DNA of 64,000 nucleotides from Alphaproteobacteria bacterium (GTDB lineage Bacteria; Pseudomonadota; Alphaproteobacteria; JAOXRX01): NCBI GenBank assembly GCA_025800285.1, contig JAOXRX010000037.1, positions 52,651 to 116,650 of the forward strand, read 5' to 3'. Shown piece by piece: positions 55,157 to 64,000 of this stretch (position 1 is its first letter; each line of letters starts with the position of its first letter). The notes under the pieces were generated by a model. It saw only the letters and a program-made list of their open reading frames with translations, ran no database searches and was not told where the DNA came from. The position numbers and the translations under genes were made by a program.

Positions 55157-56674
55157 ATGAAACCTGTAGTTTTATGTATATTAGATGGATTCGGACACAA
55201 TCCAAACAAAGAATTTAATGCTATTGAATTAGCAAAGACTCCAAACATAGATTCTCTTTTTGAGAAATACCCTCATACTTTAATCTCTGCGAGCGGATTA
55301 GATGTTGGTTTGCCAGATGGTCAAATGGGTAACTCTGAAGTAGGGCACATGAATATCGGAGCAGGTAGAGTTGTATTACAAGACTTACCAAAAATTGAAA
55401 AAACCATTAAAGAAGATACTTTAAAAGATCAAGCAGTTTTAGCAAATGCAATTGCTACTCTTAAAGAGAACGGTAAAACTTGCCATATATCTGGATTACT
55501 TTCTTCAGGTGGAGTTCACTCTCATATAGACCAAATAGAAGCTTTAGCAAAAGCATTTTCAGAACAAGGAGTAACTGTAAAAGTTCATGCTTTACTTGAC
55601 GGTAGAGATACACCTCCATCAAGTGCTATAGATTTTTTAGCAGATTTTGAAAAAAGAATCGAAAAAATGGAAAATGTTTCTATAGCTACAATAGCTGGTC
55701 GTTTTTATGGGATGGATAGAGACAACAACTGGAATCGTGTAGAACCTGCTTATAATGCTATAGTTTCAGCAACAGGAGAATCTTTCTGTTGTGCAGATAA
55801 AGCAATAAAAGACTCATATGAAAACGGGAAAACTGATGAGTTTGTGATACCTTGTGTTATTGAAGGATATAAAGGAATGGAAGACGGAGATGCTTTCATT
55901 TTTGCTAACTTCCGTGCTGATAGAGCTAGAGAAATCACAAAAGCATTATTCCAAAAAAGCTTCGAAGGTTTTGATAGGGATAAAGTTATAGAATTCTCAA
56001 CAAAAGCAGGGATGACTGAATACTCATCTGAACATAATGATTTTATGGACACAATCTTTCCTCCAGAAGAGTTAAAAAATGTTCTTGGTAAAGTTGTTTC
56101 TGACAAGGGATTAAACCAATTAAGAATTGCAGAGACAGAGAAATATGCTCATGTAACATTCTTCCTAAATGGTGGAGAAGAAAAAGTATATGAAGGAGAA
56201 GATAGAATTCTTGTAAATTCTCCAAAAGTTGAAACTTATGATTTACAACCAGAGATGTCTGCTCCAGAGGTTTGCGACAAATTAGTTGATGCTATTAACT
56301 CTGGAAAATATGACTTAGTAGTTGTGAACTTTGCTAACTGCGATATGGTTGGACACACTGGAGTTCTTGAAGCTGCTGTTAAAGCTGTAGAAACAGTTGA
56401 CACATGTGTAGGTAAAGTTGTAGAGGCTGTTAAATCTCAAAGTGGTGCGATGCTTATGACTGCTGATCACGGTAATAGTGAAAAAATGTGGGATGAAGAA
56501 GGCAATTGCCCATTCACTGCTCACACAACTAATCTAGTTCCTTTAATTGCAATTGAATGTGGAGATGTTAATCTAATGCCAGAGGGCGGGAAACTTGCTA
56601 ACATTGCTCCAACAATATTAAAATTAATGGAGGTTGAACAGCCTGCAGAAATGACTGAAGAAAGTCTTTTCTAG
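55157..56674 (+). CDS. gpmI: 2,3-bisphosphoglycerate-independent phosphoglycerate mutase
   Basis: 505 aa with LCILDGFG, the phospho-Ser context GNSEVGHMNIGAGR, and NFANCDMVGHTG and ADHGN. Confidence 0.95.
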   Translation: MKPVVLCILDGFGHNPNKEFNAIELAKTPNIDSLFEKYPHTLISASGLDVGLPDGQMGNSEVGHMNIGAGRVVLQDLPKIEKTIKEDTLKDQAVLANAIATLKENGKTCHISGLLSSGGVHSHIDQIEALAKAFSEQGVTVKVHALLDGRDTPPSSAIDFLADFEKRIEKMENVSIATIAGRFYGMDRDNNWNRVEPAYNAIVSATGESFCCADKAIKDSYENGKTDEFVIPCVIEGYKGMEDGDAFIFANFRADRAREITKALFQKSFEGFDRDKVIEFSTKAGMTEYSSEHNDFMDTIFPPEELKNVLGKVVSDKGLNQLRIAETEKYAHVTFFLNGGEEKVYEGEDRILVNSPKVETYDLQPEMSAPEVCDKLVDAINSGKYDLVVVNFANCDMVGHTGVLEAAVKAVETVDTCVGKVVEAVKSQSGAMLMTADHGNSEKMWDEEGNCPFTAHTTNLVPLIAIECGDVNLMPEGGKLANIAPTILKLMEVEQPAEMTEESLF

Positions 56675-56692
56675 TTAGTTTATTTAATAGGC

Positions 56693-56721
56693 TTGCAAAT
56701 TAAATTTATTTGTTGTATAAA
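56693..56721 (+). promoter_or_regulatory. Candidate argS promoter, TTGCAA-17-TATAAA, overlapping the gpmI terminator
   Basis: TTGCAA at 56693-56698 and TATAAA at 56716-56721, with a 17-nt spacer. The -10 element abuts the terminator stem, so initiation would bypass the 5' arm of the hairpin. Confidence 0.3.
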
Positions 56722-56749
56722 ACCCCTTAGTTATAAGGGGTTTTATTTT
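56719..56749 (+). terminator. Rho-independent terminator after gpmI
   Basis: AAAACCCCTTA-gtta-TAAGGGGTTTT hairpin followed by ATTTTA. Confidence 0.7.
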
Positions 56750-56851
56750 ATCTCTTATAAAATTTCGAGATTCTAGCTCACGGCAAAGCCCGTTCAGAAT
56801 AACGAGTTTAAAGGAATTTTGCCTAACGGTAAAATGAAAGGAAAAATAGAA

Positions 56852-58603
56852 ATGACATTAATAGAAAACAAAATAAATGAAGTGATTAAAACGGCTTTTG
56901 AAAAAGCTGGATTTAATGAAGATTTACTAGGTGTTAAGCCTTCGACTCATGCTGACTTTCAGTGTAATGATGCACTACCATTAGCAAAAAAAGCAGGAAG
57001 AAATCCTAGAGAAATCGCTTCTGAAATTGTTGAAAATTTAAAAAACAGTGATGTTATTGAGTCTGCTGAAATAGCGGGGCCAGGATTTATAAACCTGACT
57101 CTAAAAAATTATTTCCTATCTTCCGTTGTAGAGCAAATTGATAGCGATAAAAAACATGGTTTTGTTAAATATGATGCAAAACAAACTGTTATGTTAGATT
57201 ATTGTTCTCCTAATCTAGCTAAAGAGCTTCATGTAGGACACCTTCGTTCTGTAATTGGAGAATCTGTGAAGAAAATCGAACAATTTTGTGGAAACGAAAC
57301 AATTGCAGACAACCACTTGGGAGATTGGGGAACTCCATTAGGTAAAATAATTTGTGAATTAGAAATAGAGCAACCAGAGTTATGTTATTTCGATAAAAAC
57401 AAGACTGAGGATTATCCTGAAGAATCACCTTTAACAGTTGAAGAGTTAGGAGCTTTATATGTAAGGGCTAACCTTCGTTGTAAAGAAGATGAAGAAGCAG
57501 CGACAAAAGCAAGGATTGCTACAGCTGAGCTACAAGGGGGACGAGCAGGATACAGAGCCTTATGGAAACATTTTGTTAACATATCTATTAATGATCTAAA
57601 ACAATTACTATCTAGACTAGACATTAGCTTTGATGTTTGGGAAGGTGAGTCTATGGCTCAAGATATTCTTGATAACTATCTAATGGCAGAACTAGAACCT
57701 TATACTGAAATGGACTCTGGAGCTAAAATTATTTCATTAAAAGAATTTGAAACAAATAAAACTTTACCTCCTGTTCTGATAGTTAAAACAGATGGGGGAT
57801 ATACATATCACTCTTCTGATTTAGCAGCATTACACAGAAGAATAAATCATTACAAAGCTGATAAAGTTTTATACTTTATGGATGCAAGACAAAGCTTACA
57901 TATGGAACAAATATCTTTAGCGGCTAAAAAGTCTAAAATAATAAAAGAAAACAATCCAATTGTTTTCTGTGGATTTGGAACTGTAAATGGGAAAAACGGA
58001 AAACCTTTCGCTACTAGAGATGGAGGAGTTGCTACTCTTCGATCTTTAATAGAAGAAGCCTTCAATAAAGCAAAAGATATACTTCCAAAAGCAGGAGCAG
58101 AACACTCAGAAGAAGAAATTAACACTTTAGCAAAACAAATATCTGTTGGAGCTCTAAAATTCAATGATATGAAAAACCCTAGAACTTCCGACTATGTGTT
58201 TGACATGGATGCTATCTTATCGTTTGAAGGTAAAACAGGCCCTTATATGCAATATGCAATAGCAAGAATAAATTCAATTTTAGATAAAGCAGAAGGACTT
58301 GCTCTAGATTCTAAAATAGTTATAAAAGAAAAAGAAGAAAGAGCTCTTTCTATACAAATAGATGCTTTCGCTAAAGCAGTAAGTAAGGCTTATGAAAACA
58401 AAGATCCTTACTTTATAGCTGATTACTCTTATGAGTTAGCTAAAAGCTTTAGCTCTTTTTATACAGCTTGCCCAATACTTAATAATGAAAATGAGGAAGA
58501 AAAATTATCTCGTCTGCACTTAGCTAAAACAGTTAGAGAAATATTAATAACTTCTTTAGGATTATTGGGAATTGAAAGCCCTTACAAAATGCTAAGAGGA
58601 TAG
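56852..58603 (+). CDS. argS: Arginine--tRNA ligase
   Basis: HIGH-type motif (PNLAKELHVGHLRS), a DALR anticodon-binding C-terminus and a terminal ...MLRG. The start taken is the ATG at 56852 (MTLIENKI), with AAAGGA upstream. The track ORF starts at a TTG at 56819. Confidence 0.93.
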   Translation: MTLIENKINEVIKTAFEKAGFNEDLLGVKPSTHADFQCNDALPLAKKAGRNPREIASEIVENLKNSDVIESAEIAGPGFINLTLKNYFLSSVVEQIDSDKKHGFVKYDAKQTVMLDYCSPNLAKELHVGHLRSVIGESVKKIEQFCGNETIADNHLGDWGTPLGKIICELEIEQPELCYFDKNKTEDYPEESPLTVEELGALYVRANLRCKEDEEAATKARIATAELQGGRAGYRALWKHFVNISINDLKQLLSRLDISFDVWEGESMAQDILDNYLMAELEPYTEMDSGAKIISLKEFETNKTLPPVLIVKTDGGYTYHSSDLAALHRRINHYKADKVLYFMDARQSLHMEQISLAAKKSKIIKENNPIVFCGFGTVNGKNGKPFATRDGGVATLRSLIEEAFNKAKDILPKAGAEHSEEEINTLAKQISVGALKFNDMKNPRTSDYVFDMDAILSFEGKTGPYMQYAIARINSILDKAEGLALDSKIVIKEKEERALSIQIDAFAKAVSKAYENKDPYFIADYSYELAKSFSSFYTACPILNNENEEEKLSRLHLAKTVREILITSLGLLGIESPYKMLRG

Positions 58604-58667
58604 AAATTGACTTTTAAAAACAAAAGGTCTATATTCTTTTAATACAAAAAATGAAAGAGGAAATAAA

Positions 58668-59906
58668 ATGATAAATTGGATTAAACAAAATAAATTTCAA
58701 TCAGCAGTTCTAGCTATATTAACAGCTCTGTTTATATTCTTAGTAACGGAGAATCAAACAACGATTTTCAACTCTGATACTATTGAGGAGACAACTTCTA
58801 TTGAAGCAGTTGAGCAGAATTCATCGCAGATTGTTAAGATTTTTGAATCTCCTTATTGCCCTCATTGTCATGATTTAAAAGACTTTGTTGAAGATGAGCT
58901 AAAACAAAAATATCCTACAGTTACATTCGATTCACACGATATAACAAAAGATGTTGAGCTTGCTAGATTTAAAGAACATATGATTATGGCAGGACATAAT
59001 CCTAATCGATTAGGAACTCCTACAATCTTCATCAATGAAGAAGTTATTATAGGCTTTGATAATCCTCAAGGTGTAGGAAAGAAAATTGAAGAAACTATAG
59101 ATAATGCTTTCTTCTCCAATGAGAGCAAAAAAAAAACTAGCTCTGTAGAAGATACTTCTAAATCAGAAGAGCTAAAGCAAATAGAGACTTCTTTTGGTGT
59201 AGTTTCTTTAGATAAATCCCTTCCTCTTCTAGCTATAACTTTAGGTCTAGTTGACGGTTTCAATCCTTGTGCTATGTGGGTATTAATATATCTAATATCT
59301 ATAATAATGACAATGAAAGATAAAAAGAAAATGTGGCTAATCGTAGGAACATTTGTTACTGCAGAAGCTATACTTTACTATATTTTGCTAAACTTCTGGT
59401 TATCAGCATTCCTAATGGTTGGTGCTATAAGAATTGTTAGCTTAATAATTGGTATAGTGGCTATTTACTTTGGATTAATGGATTTAAAACAATACTTCCT
59501 AAAAGAAGACATGATTTGCAAAGTGGGAAATCTAGAAAGCAAAAACAGAACAAAAAATAAGATTAAGAGTCTTGCTCATGCAGAAATAACTGTTGCAACA
59601 ATTCTAAGCTTAATTGGACTTGCTTTTGTTGTAAACTCTATGGAGTTTATGTGCTCTGCAGGGATACCAGCGGTGTTTTCTCAAGTTCTAGCAAATGCAG
59701 GAATATCAGGGTTCATGAAGCAAGTTTATATTATTTTGTATGATGTATTCTTCATGATAGATGACTTTATCGTATTTGGACTAGCAATATTTGCTATAGA
59801 CAAATATGTTGGAGACAAGTATATGAGAATTTGTAAGCTTATAGGAGGCTCTATATTAGTAATTCTAGGCATACTTATGATATTCTTCCCAGAACATCTA
59901 AAATAA
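58668..59906 (+). CDS. Thioredoxin-fold (CPHC) domain fused to a CcdA/DsbD-like multi-pass membrane domain
   Basis: N-terminal TM helix, then ESPYCPHCHDLKDFV...GTPTIFINEEVIIGF (a glutaredoxin/DsbA-like fold). The membrane region carries LVDGFNPCAMWVLIYL and EFMCSAGIPAVF, which are Cys-containing helices like those of DsbD/CcdA. Confidence 0.55.
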   Translation: MINWIKQNKFQSAVLAILTALFIFLVTENQTTIFNSDTIEETTSIEAVEQNSSQIVKIFESPYCPHCHDLKDFVEDELKQKYPTVTFDSHDITKDVELARFKEHMIMAGHNPNRLGTPTIFINEEVIIGFDNPQGVGKKIEETIDNAFFSNESKKKTSSVEDTSKSEELKQIETSFGVVSLDKSLPLLAITLGLVDGFNPCAMWVLIYLISIIMTMKDKKKMWLIVGTFVTAEAILYYILLNFWLSAFLMVGAIRIVSLIIGIVAIYFGLMDLKQYFLKEDMICKVGNLESKNRTKNKIKSLAHAEITVATILSLIGLAFVVNSMEFMCSAGIPAVFSQVLANAGISGFMKQVYIILYDVFFMIDDFIVFGLAIFAIDKYVGDKYMRICKLIGGSILVILGILMIFFPEHLK

Positions 59907-59997
59907 GCCTTAAAAGCATTTAAATAAGCACTATTGAAAAATATATTTTTTATGTTATAATGAAAATCTCAATACAATTGAGTTAGAAAGATATTTT

Positions 59998-60801
59998 ATG
60001 AAGATATTATTTATCGGAGATGTAATTGGCAAAACTGGAAGAAAGTCAATAATTAAACATCTACCAACATTAATAAAAGAAAAAAACATTGACTTTGTGG
60101 TAGCAAACGGAGAGCATATTTCTCACGGATACGGAATACAAGAAGAGCAATGTAAGCCTCTTTTTGAAGCGGGTATAGACTGCTTTACAGGAGGAAACCA
60201 CACTTTTAAAAACAGAGCAGGATTTCACTTTATATCATCAGATAAAAGAATTTTAAGACCTGAGAACTTTCCTTTAGGTTCAATTGGAAGAGGTTTTGAA
60301 GTTTATGAAAAAAATGGTAAAAAAATTCTGGTAATAAATTTAATTGGACAAATTTATATGGATACTTATGATTCTCCGTTTGTTGCTGCAGATAAAATAA
60401 TGGAGAAATTCTCTTTAGGGAATAATATTGATGCCATTTTTGTAGATTTTCATGCAGAAGCTACAAGTGAAAAAATGGGGATTGGGCATTATTTAGACGG
60501 TAGAGTTTCTGCTGTTGCGGGCTCTCATACTCATGTTCCTACTGCAGATCTGCACATAATGGAAAAAGGTACTGGTTATATAACTGATGCAGGAATGTGT
60601 GGAGATTATAACTCTATGATTGGAATGAAAACCGAAGGAGGTCTACATAAGCTAATATCTAAAGTTCCTAATGGTCCATTTGAAGTTTCAAAGGGGGAAG
60701 CTTCTTTTGTTGCTTGCATATTTGAAACAGATGAAAGCGGTTTATGTAAATCAGTAGAACAAATTAAAATTGATGGTTTTTTAGAAAGAGTTGAATTATA
60801 A
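59998..60801 (+). CDS. ymdB: YmdB-family metallophosphoesterase (2',3'-cyclic-nucleotide phosphodiesterase type)
   Basis: [36 protein letters not shown] and GSHTHV motifs. Confidence 0.8.
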   Translation: MKILFIGDVIGKTGRKSIIKHLPTLIKEKNIDFVVANGEHISHGYGIQEEQCKPLFEAGIDCFTGGNHTFKNRAGFHFISSDKRILRPENFPLGSIGRGFEVYEKNGKKILVINLIGQIYMDTYDSPFVAADKIMEKFSLGNNIDAIFVDFHAEATSEKMGIGHYLDGRVSAVAGSHTHVPTADLHIMEKGTGYITDAGMCGDYNSMIGMKTEGGLHKLISKVPNGPFEVSKGEASFVACIFETDESGLCKSVEQIKIDGFLERVEL

Positions 60802-60802
60802 A

Positions 60803-62650
60803 ATGATAGAATACGATGTAATTGTAGTAGGTGGTGGACATGCTGGCTGTGAAGCTGCTGCAGCTAGTGCTAGAGCTGGAGCTAAAACAGCTTTAATAAC
60901 ACATAAGAAATCAACAATTGGAGAAATGTCTTGCAATCCTGCAATAGGAGGATTAGGCAAAGGTCATATCGTTAGAGAAATAGATGCTTTAGATGGTCTA
61001 ATGGCAAAAGTAATAGATAAAGCAGGAATTCAATTTAGAGTTCTTAATAAATCTAAAGGACCTGCTGTGCAAGGACCTAGAGCTCAAGCCGACAGAGACT
61101 TATATAAAGCAGAAATGCAAAGAATACTTAATAATTACAACAACTTAGACATAATAGAGACCGCTGTTGAAGACCTGATTATAGAAAGCGGAAAAATAAA
61201 AGGAGTTGTTGACAAAAATGGTGATAAATACAACTCAAAAGCCGTTATACTAACCACAGGTACATTCTTAAATGGTGTAATGCACATAGGTACAGAAACT
61301 AAAGAAGGTGGTAGAGTAAATGACCCAACATGCAAAGGCCTAACCCCATCTTTACAAGGAGTGGGCTTCAATATTGATAGACTTAAAACAGGGACTCCTT
61401 GCCGAATACAAAGAGATACTATAAATTGGGATATATTAGAAGAGCAAAAAGGAGATATACCTCCTGTTCCTTTTTCATATATGACTAAAGAGGTTACAAC
61501 ACCTCAAATATCTTGTGCAATTACATACACAAATGAAGAAGGCCATAAGATATTAAGAGAAAACTTCGACAGAGCCCCTTTATTCACAGGACAAATTGAA
61601 GGGGTAGGACCTAGATATTGCCCATCAATAGAAGACAAAATAACAAGATTTGCCGACAAAGAAAGACATCAAGTATTCCTAGAGCCTGAAGGATTAAACT
61701 CTAATTTAGTTTATCCAAATGGTATTTCAACATCTCTACCAGTCGATGTACAAGAAAAATTTTTAAAAACTATTCCAGGATTAGAAAATGCAGTTATGAC
61801 TCAACCAGCTTATGCTATTGAGTACGATTTCATTGATCCAAGAGAAGTAAAAGCGACACTAGAAACAAAGAAAATAAAAGGCTTGTTTTTAGCGGGACAA
61901 ATAATCGGAACAACAGGTTATGAAGAGGCTGGAGGATTAGGATTAATTGCAGGTGTAAATGCTTCCTTAAAATCACAAGAAATAGACAAAAAGTTTATAT
62001 TAGATAGGTCAGATGCCTACATTGGAGTAATGATAGATGATTTAATCACAAAAGGGACAAAAGAACCTTATAGAATGTTTACATCAAGAGCAGAATATCG
62101 CTTGGTTTTAAGAGCAGATAATGCAGATCAAAGACTTACCAAAAAAGGTGAAGAAGTAGGCTGTATTTCTCCTGAAAGAGTTGAATTCTTTCATCAAAAA
62201 ATGAAAATATTGATTGAGAGCAAAGTAATGCTTAATAGCTTAAATGCAACTCCAAATGAGCTTTCTAAAAAAGGTATAGAAATAAACAAAGATGGTAAAA
62301 GAAGAACAGCTTTTGATTTATTGACATTTGCTAGCATTTCATTTAACGACATCGAAAGTGTGTGGAGTGAATTAAAAGAAATACCAGCAGAAATTAAAAA
62401 CCAGATAGAAATAGATGCTAAATACTCGGGTTATTTAAAAAGAATTGAAGCAGATATTAAAGCCTTTAAAAAAGATGAAGCTTTAGAAATTCCTGACAAT
62501 ATAAATTACTTTGATATAGGGTCTTTATCAAATGAAATAATTCAAAAACTGGAGCAAGCAAGACCAAGCACTATTGGAATGGCCTCTAGAATATCGGGAG
62601 TAACTCCTGCTGCTATAATTGCTCTATTAAGATATGTAAAAAAACAATAA
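60803..62650 (+). CDS. mnmG: tRNA uridine-5-carboxymethylaminomethyl modification enzyme MnmG (GidA)
   Basis: [16 protein letters not shown] (FAD), [19 protein letters not shown] and YAIEYD. The start taken is the ATG at 60803, 1 nt after the ymdB stop. Confidence 0.97.
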   Translation: MIEYDVIVVGGGHAGCEAAAASARAGAKTALITHKKSTIGEMSCNPAIGGLGKGHIVREIDALDGLMAKVIDKAGIQFRVLNKSKGPAVQGPRAQADRDLYKAEMQRILNNYNNLDIIETAVEDLIIESGKIKGVVDKNGDKYNSKAVILTTGTFLNGVMHIGTETKEGGRVNDPTCKGLTPSLQGVGFNIDRLKTGTPCRIQRDTINWDILEEQKGDIPPVPFSYMTKEVTTPQISCAITYTNEEGHKILRENFDRAPLFTGQIEGVGPRYCPSIEDKITRFADKERHQVFLEPEGLNSNLVYPNGISTSLPVDVQEKFLKTIPGLENAVMTQPAYAIEYDFIDPREVKATLETKKIKGLFLAGQIIGTTGYEEAGGLGLIAGVNASLKSQEIDKKFILDRSDAYIGVMIDDLITKGTKEPYRMFTSRAEYRLVLRADNADQRLTKKGEEVGCISPERVEFFHQKMKILIESKVMLNSLNATPNELSKKGIEINKDGKRRTAFDLLTFASISFNDIESVWSELKEIPAEIKNQIEIDAKYSGYLKRIEADIKAFKKDEALEIPDNINYFDIGSLSNEIIQKLEQARPSTIGMASRISGVTPAAIIALLRYVKKQ

Positions 62651-62651
62651 A

Positions 62652-62667
62652 TGTTTCATGTGAAACA
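62652..62667. promoter_or_regulatory. parS-like centromere site TGTTTCATGTGAAACA, copy 1 (intergenic)
   Basis: One mismatch from the widely conserved parS palindrome TGTTTCACGTGAAACA. It starts 1 nt after the mnmG stop codon. Confidence 0.6.
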
Positions 62668-62729
62668 CTGAAAAAACATATTTTAACTTTTTTCTTTACT
62701 TTACCATTTTTTAGTTATATATTTTATAT

Positions 62730-63338
62730 ATGAAAAACTTATCTGATTTAGAAAAAAATGTTTCATGTGAAACACTAAAAAAATTAAAAAAATATGAAGC
62801 TTTGTTGAAAAAATGGCAAAAAGCTATCAACCTAGTTAGTAAAAACACTATAGAAAATGCCTGGGAAAGACATATTCTAGACTCTCTACAATTAATAGAT
62901 TACTTACCTAAAGACAAAGATGTTTCAATTGTTGACCTTGGTAGCGGAGGAGGGTTTCCCCCTTTGGTTTTAGCAATAGCGGGATACACAAATGTAAGTG
63001 CTATAGAAAGCGATGAAAGAAAATGCTTATTCATGGCAGAAGTAGCAAAGCAAACAGAAACAAAAATAAACATTATTAACAAAAGAATAGAAAAAGTTAA
63101 TAATTTAAAAGCAGATATAATTACATCTAGAGCTTTAGCAAAAATAGACCTACTTTTAAATCTCTCAAAAAACATAACGAAAAAAGAAACTAAGTATCTG
63201 TTTTTAAAAGGTAAAACAGCAGAAGAAGAGATAAAAAAAGCACAGGAACAGTTCGATTTTCAGGCTCAAACATTCAAAAGCATGACCTCTAATGAAGCGA
63301 AGGTCGTGAAAATCGAGCGATTAAAGGAGAAAAAATAA
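62730..63338 (+). CDS. rsmG: 16S rRNA (guanine527-N7)-methyltransferase RsmG (GidB)
   Basis: [10 protein letters not shown]...WQKAINLVS start, the SAM motif DLGSGGGFPPLVLAI and the ITSRALA motif. mnmG-rsmG synteny is preserved. Confidence 0.9.
   Translation: MKNLSDLEKNVSCETLKKLKKYEALLKKWQKAINLVSKNTIENAWERHILDSLQLIDYLPKDKDVSIVDLGSGGGFPPLVLAIAGYTNVSAIESDERKCLFMAEVAKQTETKINIINKRIEKVNNLKADIITSRALAKIDLLLNLSKNITKKETKYLFLKGKTAEEEIKKAQEQFDFQAQTFKSMTSNEAKVVKIERLKEKK
62759..62774. promoter_or_regulatory. parS-like centromere site TGTTTCATGTGAAACA, copy 2 (inside rsmG, overlapping codons 10-15)
   Basis: The 16-mer is identical to copy 1. The shared block extends to AAATGTTTCATGTGAAACACT(g/a)AAAAAA. 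Confidence 0.6.
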
Positions 63339-63871
63339 TGAAAAAAGAAAAAAATCTATTATTAATAATAGACCCTTTAAATAAATTTAAAAACGAGCAC
63401 ACAAAAGATGTGTTAAAAAAAATAGAAGAAGAAATAATACCAGAATTTGATGATATCTGGGTTGCAAAGTTCTTTAATAAGAAAAACTCTCTTTTCAAAA
63501 CAATAAGACACTGGGATAGATGTGATAAAAACTCATCTGAGGATAGAAAACTTGCAATAAAAATACCAAAGGGCAAGCAAGTTGTGTTTTATGAAACAGA
63601 TAAATATAATAAATTAACTCCTAAATTAAAAAGATATATAAGTAAAAAATCTGTTAAAGTATATATATGTGGAGTAGATACAGACATGTGTGTAAGCAGC
63701 ACAGCCTTTGCAATGTGGGATAGCAAAATAGCACCCTTTATAATAGAAGATGCTTGTGCTAGCCATGGTGGCGACAACTTGCACTCTCAGGGCATAAAAA
63801 CAATGATTAGAGCATTCGGTAAAAATCAAATAGTTAAGTCAAACGACTTAAAACAAGGACCAAAAATTTAA
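63338..63871 (+). CDS. Isochorismatase/cysteine-hydrolase family protein
   Basis: LLLIIDPLNKF ('lvIDmQndF' position) and VYICGVDTDMCVSSTAFAMWDSKIAPFIIEDACAS (catalytic Cys context). The start overlaps the rsmG stop by 1 nt. Confidence 0.65.
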   Translation: MKKEKNLLLIIDPLNKFKNEHTKDVLKKIEEEIIPEFDDIWVAKFFNKKNSLFKTIRHWDRCDKNSSEDRKLAIKIPKGKQVVFYETDKYNKLTPKLKRYISKKSVKVYICGVDTDMCVSSTAFAMWDSKIAPFIIEDACASHGGDNLHSQGIKTMIRAFGKNQIVKSNDLKQGPKI

Positions 63872-63883
63872 AAGGAGGATATA

Positions 63884-64000
63884 ATGAAAAAAGATAAAAA
63901 AGTTTTAATAATAGTAGATCCACAAAATGGATTTAAAAATAAAAACACAGAGAAAGCATTAAGTAGAATTGATGAAATATCTAGTTATTTTGATGTAATC
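63884..64000 (+). CDS. Second isochorismatase-family paralog (3' end outside the window)
   Basis: AAAGGAGG lies 5 nt upstream of the ATG. MKKDKKVLIIVDPQNGFKNKNTEKAL parallels the N-terminus of the previous gene. Confidence 0.5.
   Translation, partial: MKKDKKVLIIVDPQNGFKNKNTEKALSRIDEISSYFDVI

Noticed and set aside
41257-63829. Remaining short overlapping track ORFs: within rsmB, the kinase, recJ, the NlpC/P60 gene, gpmI, argS, the Trx-DsbD gene, mnmG, rsmG and the isochorismatase gene
   Set aside because: All are embedded antisense or out of frame within longer genes that carry clear family motifs. I treat them as chance ORFs of an AT-rich genome.

Overview
The window is a visibly AT-rich, tightly packed bacterial chromosome segment. 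I did not compute GC content. Proteins are biased towards Lys, Asn and Ile.

Gene content and local synteny look alphaproteobacterial: acpP-fabF-mltG, xseB-ispA, DUF3576-leuS-lptE, an ELM1-family gene, sufBCD and mnmG-rsmG. My inference is a streamlined or host-associated lineage of Rickettsiales/Holosporales type.

About 60 CDS are mostly housekeeping:
- Lipid synthesis: fabF, acpP, fabG, accA, lpxC.
- DNA metabolism: gyrB, ligA, recJ, xseB.
- Translation and RNA modification: typA, leuS, argS, map, rluD, an RluC-like synthase, rsmB, rsmG, mnmG, trmL, queH, nusB.
- Redox and Fe-S: oxyR-ahpC, trxB, sufBCD.
- Others: gpmI, a cyclic-nucleotide-gated K+ channel, and a large hybrid histidine kinase.

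There is one RNA gene, tRNA-Ser(GCU). I saw no rRNA, CRISPR array, intact transposase or integrase.

The only clearly accessory stretch lies beside tRNA-Ser, at about 10.69-14.52 kb. It holds a duplicated 28-bp tRNA 5' fragment, a decayed RepA/AAA_25-like ATPase remnant, a truncated XRE-like mini-ORF behind a GC-rich palindrome, and an LCM-like methyltransferase. It also holds the best candidate for a novel system: a three-gene cassette encoding a PG-binding-like protein, a MuF-knuckle::Tlde1/DUF2778-like enzyme and a 3-TM protein.

Other points worth a second look:
- Two tandem small paralogs ending in CaaX-like boxes (CVMS, CFMG).
- Twin near-consensus parS sites flanking the rsmG start, with no parAB downstream.
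- An orphan three-gene operon with a textbook promoter and a shared internal motif.
- A SemiSWEET-like protein fused to a zinc ribbon.
- A DEAD-box helicase whose motif II reads DETD.
- A triple-receiver hybrid kinase.

All functional calls rest on motif recognition by eye from the translations. No database search was run.
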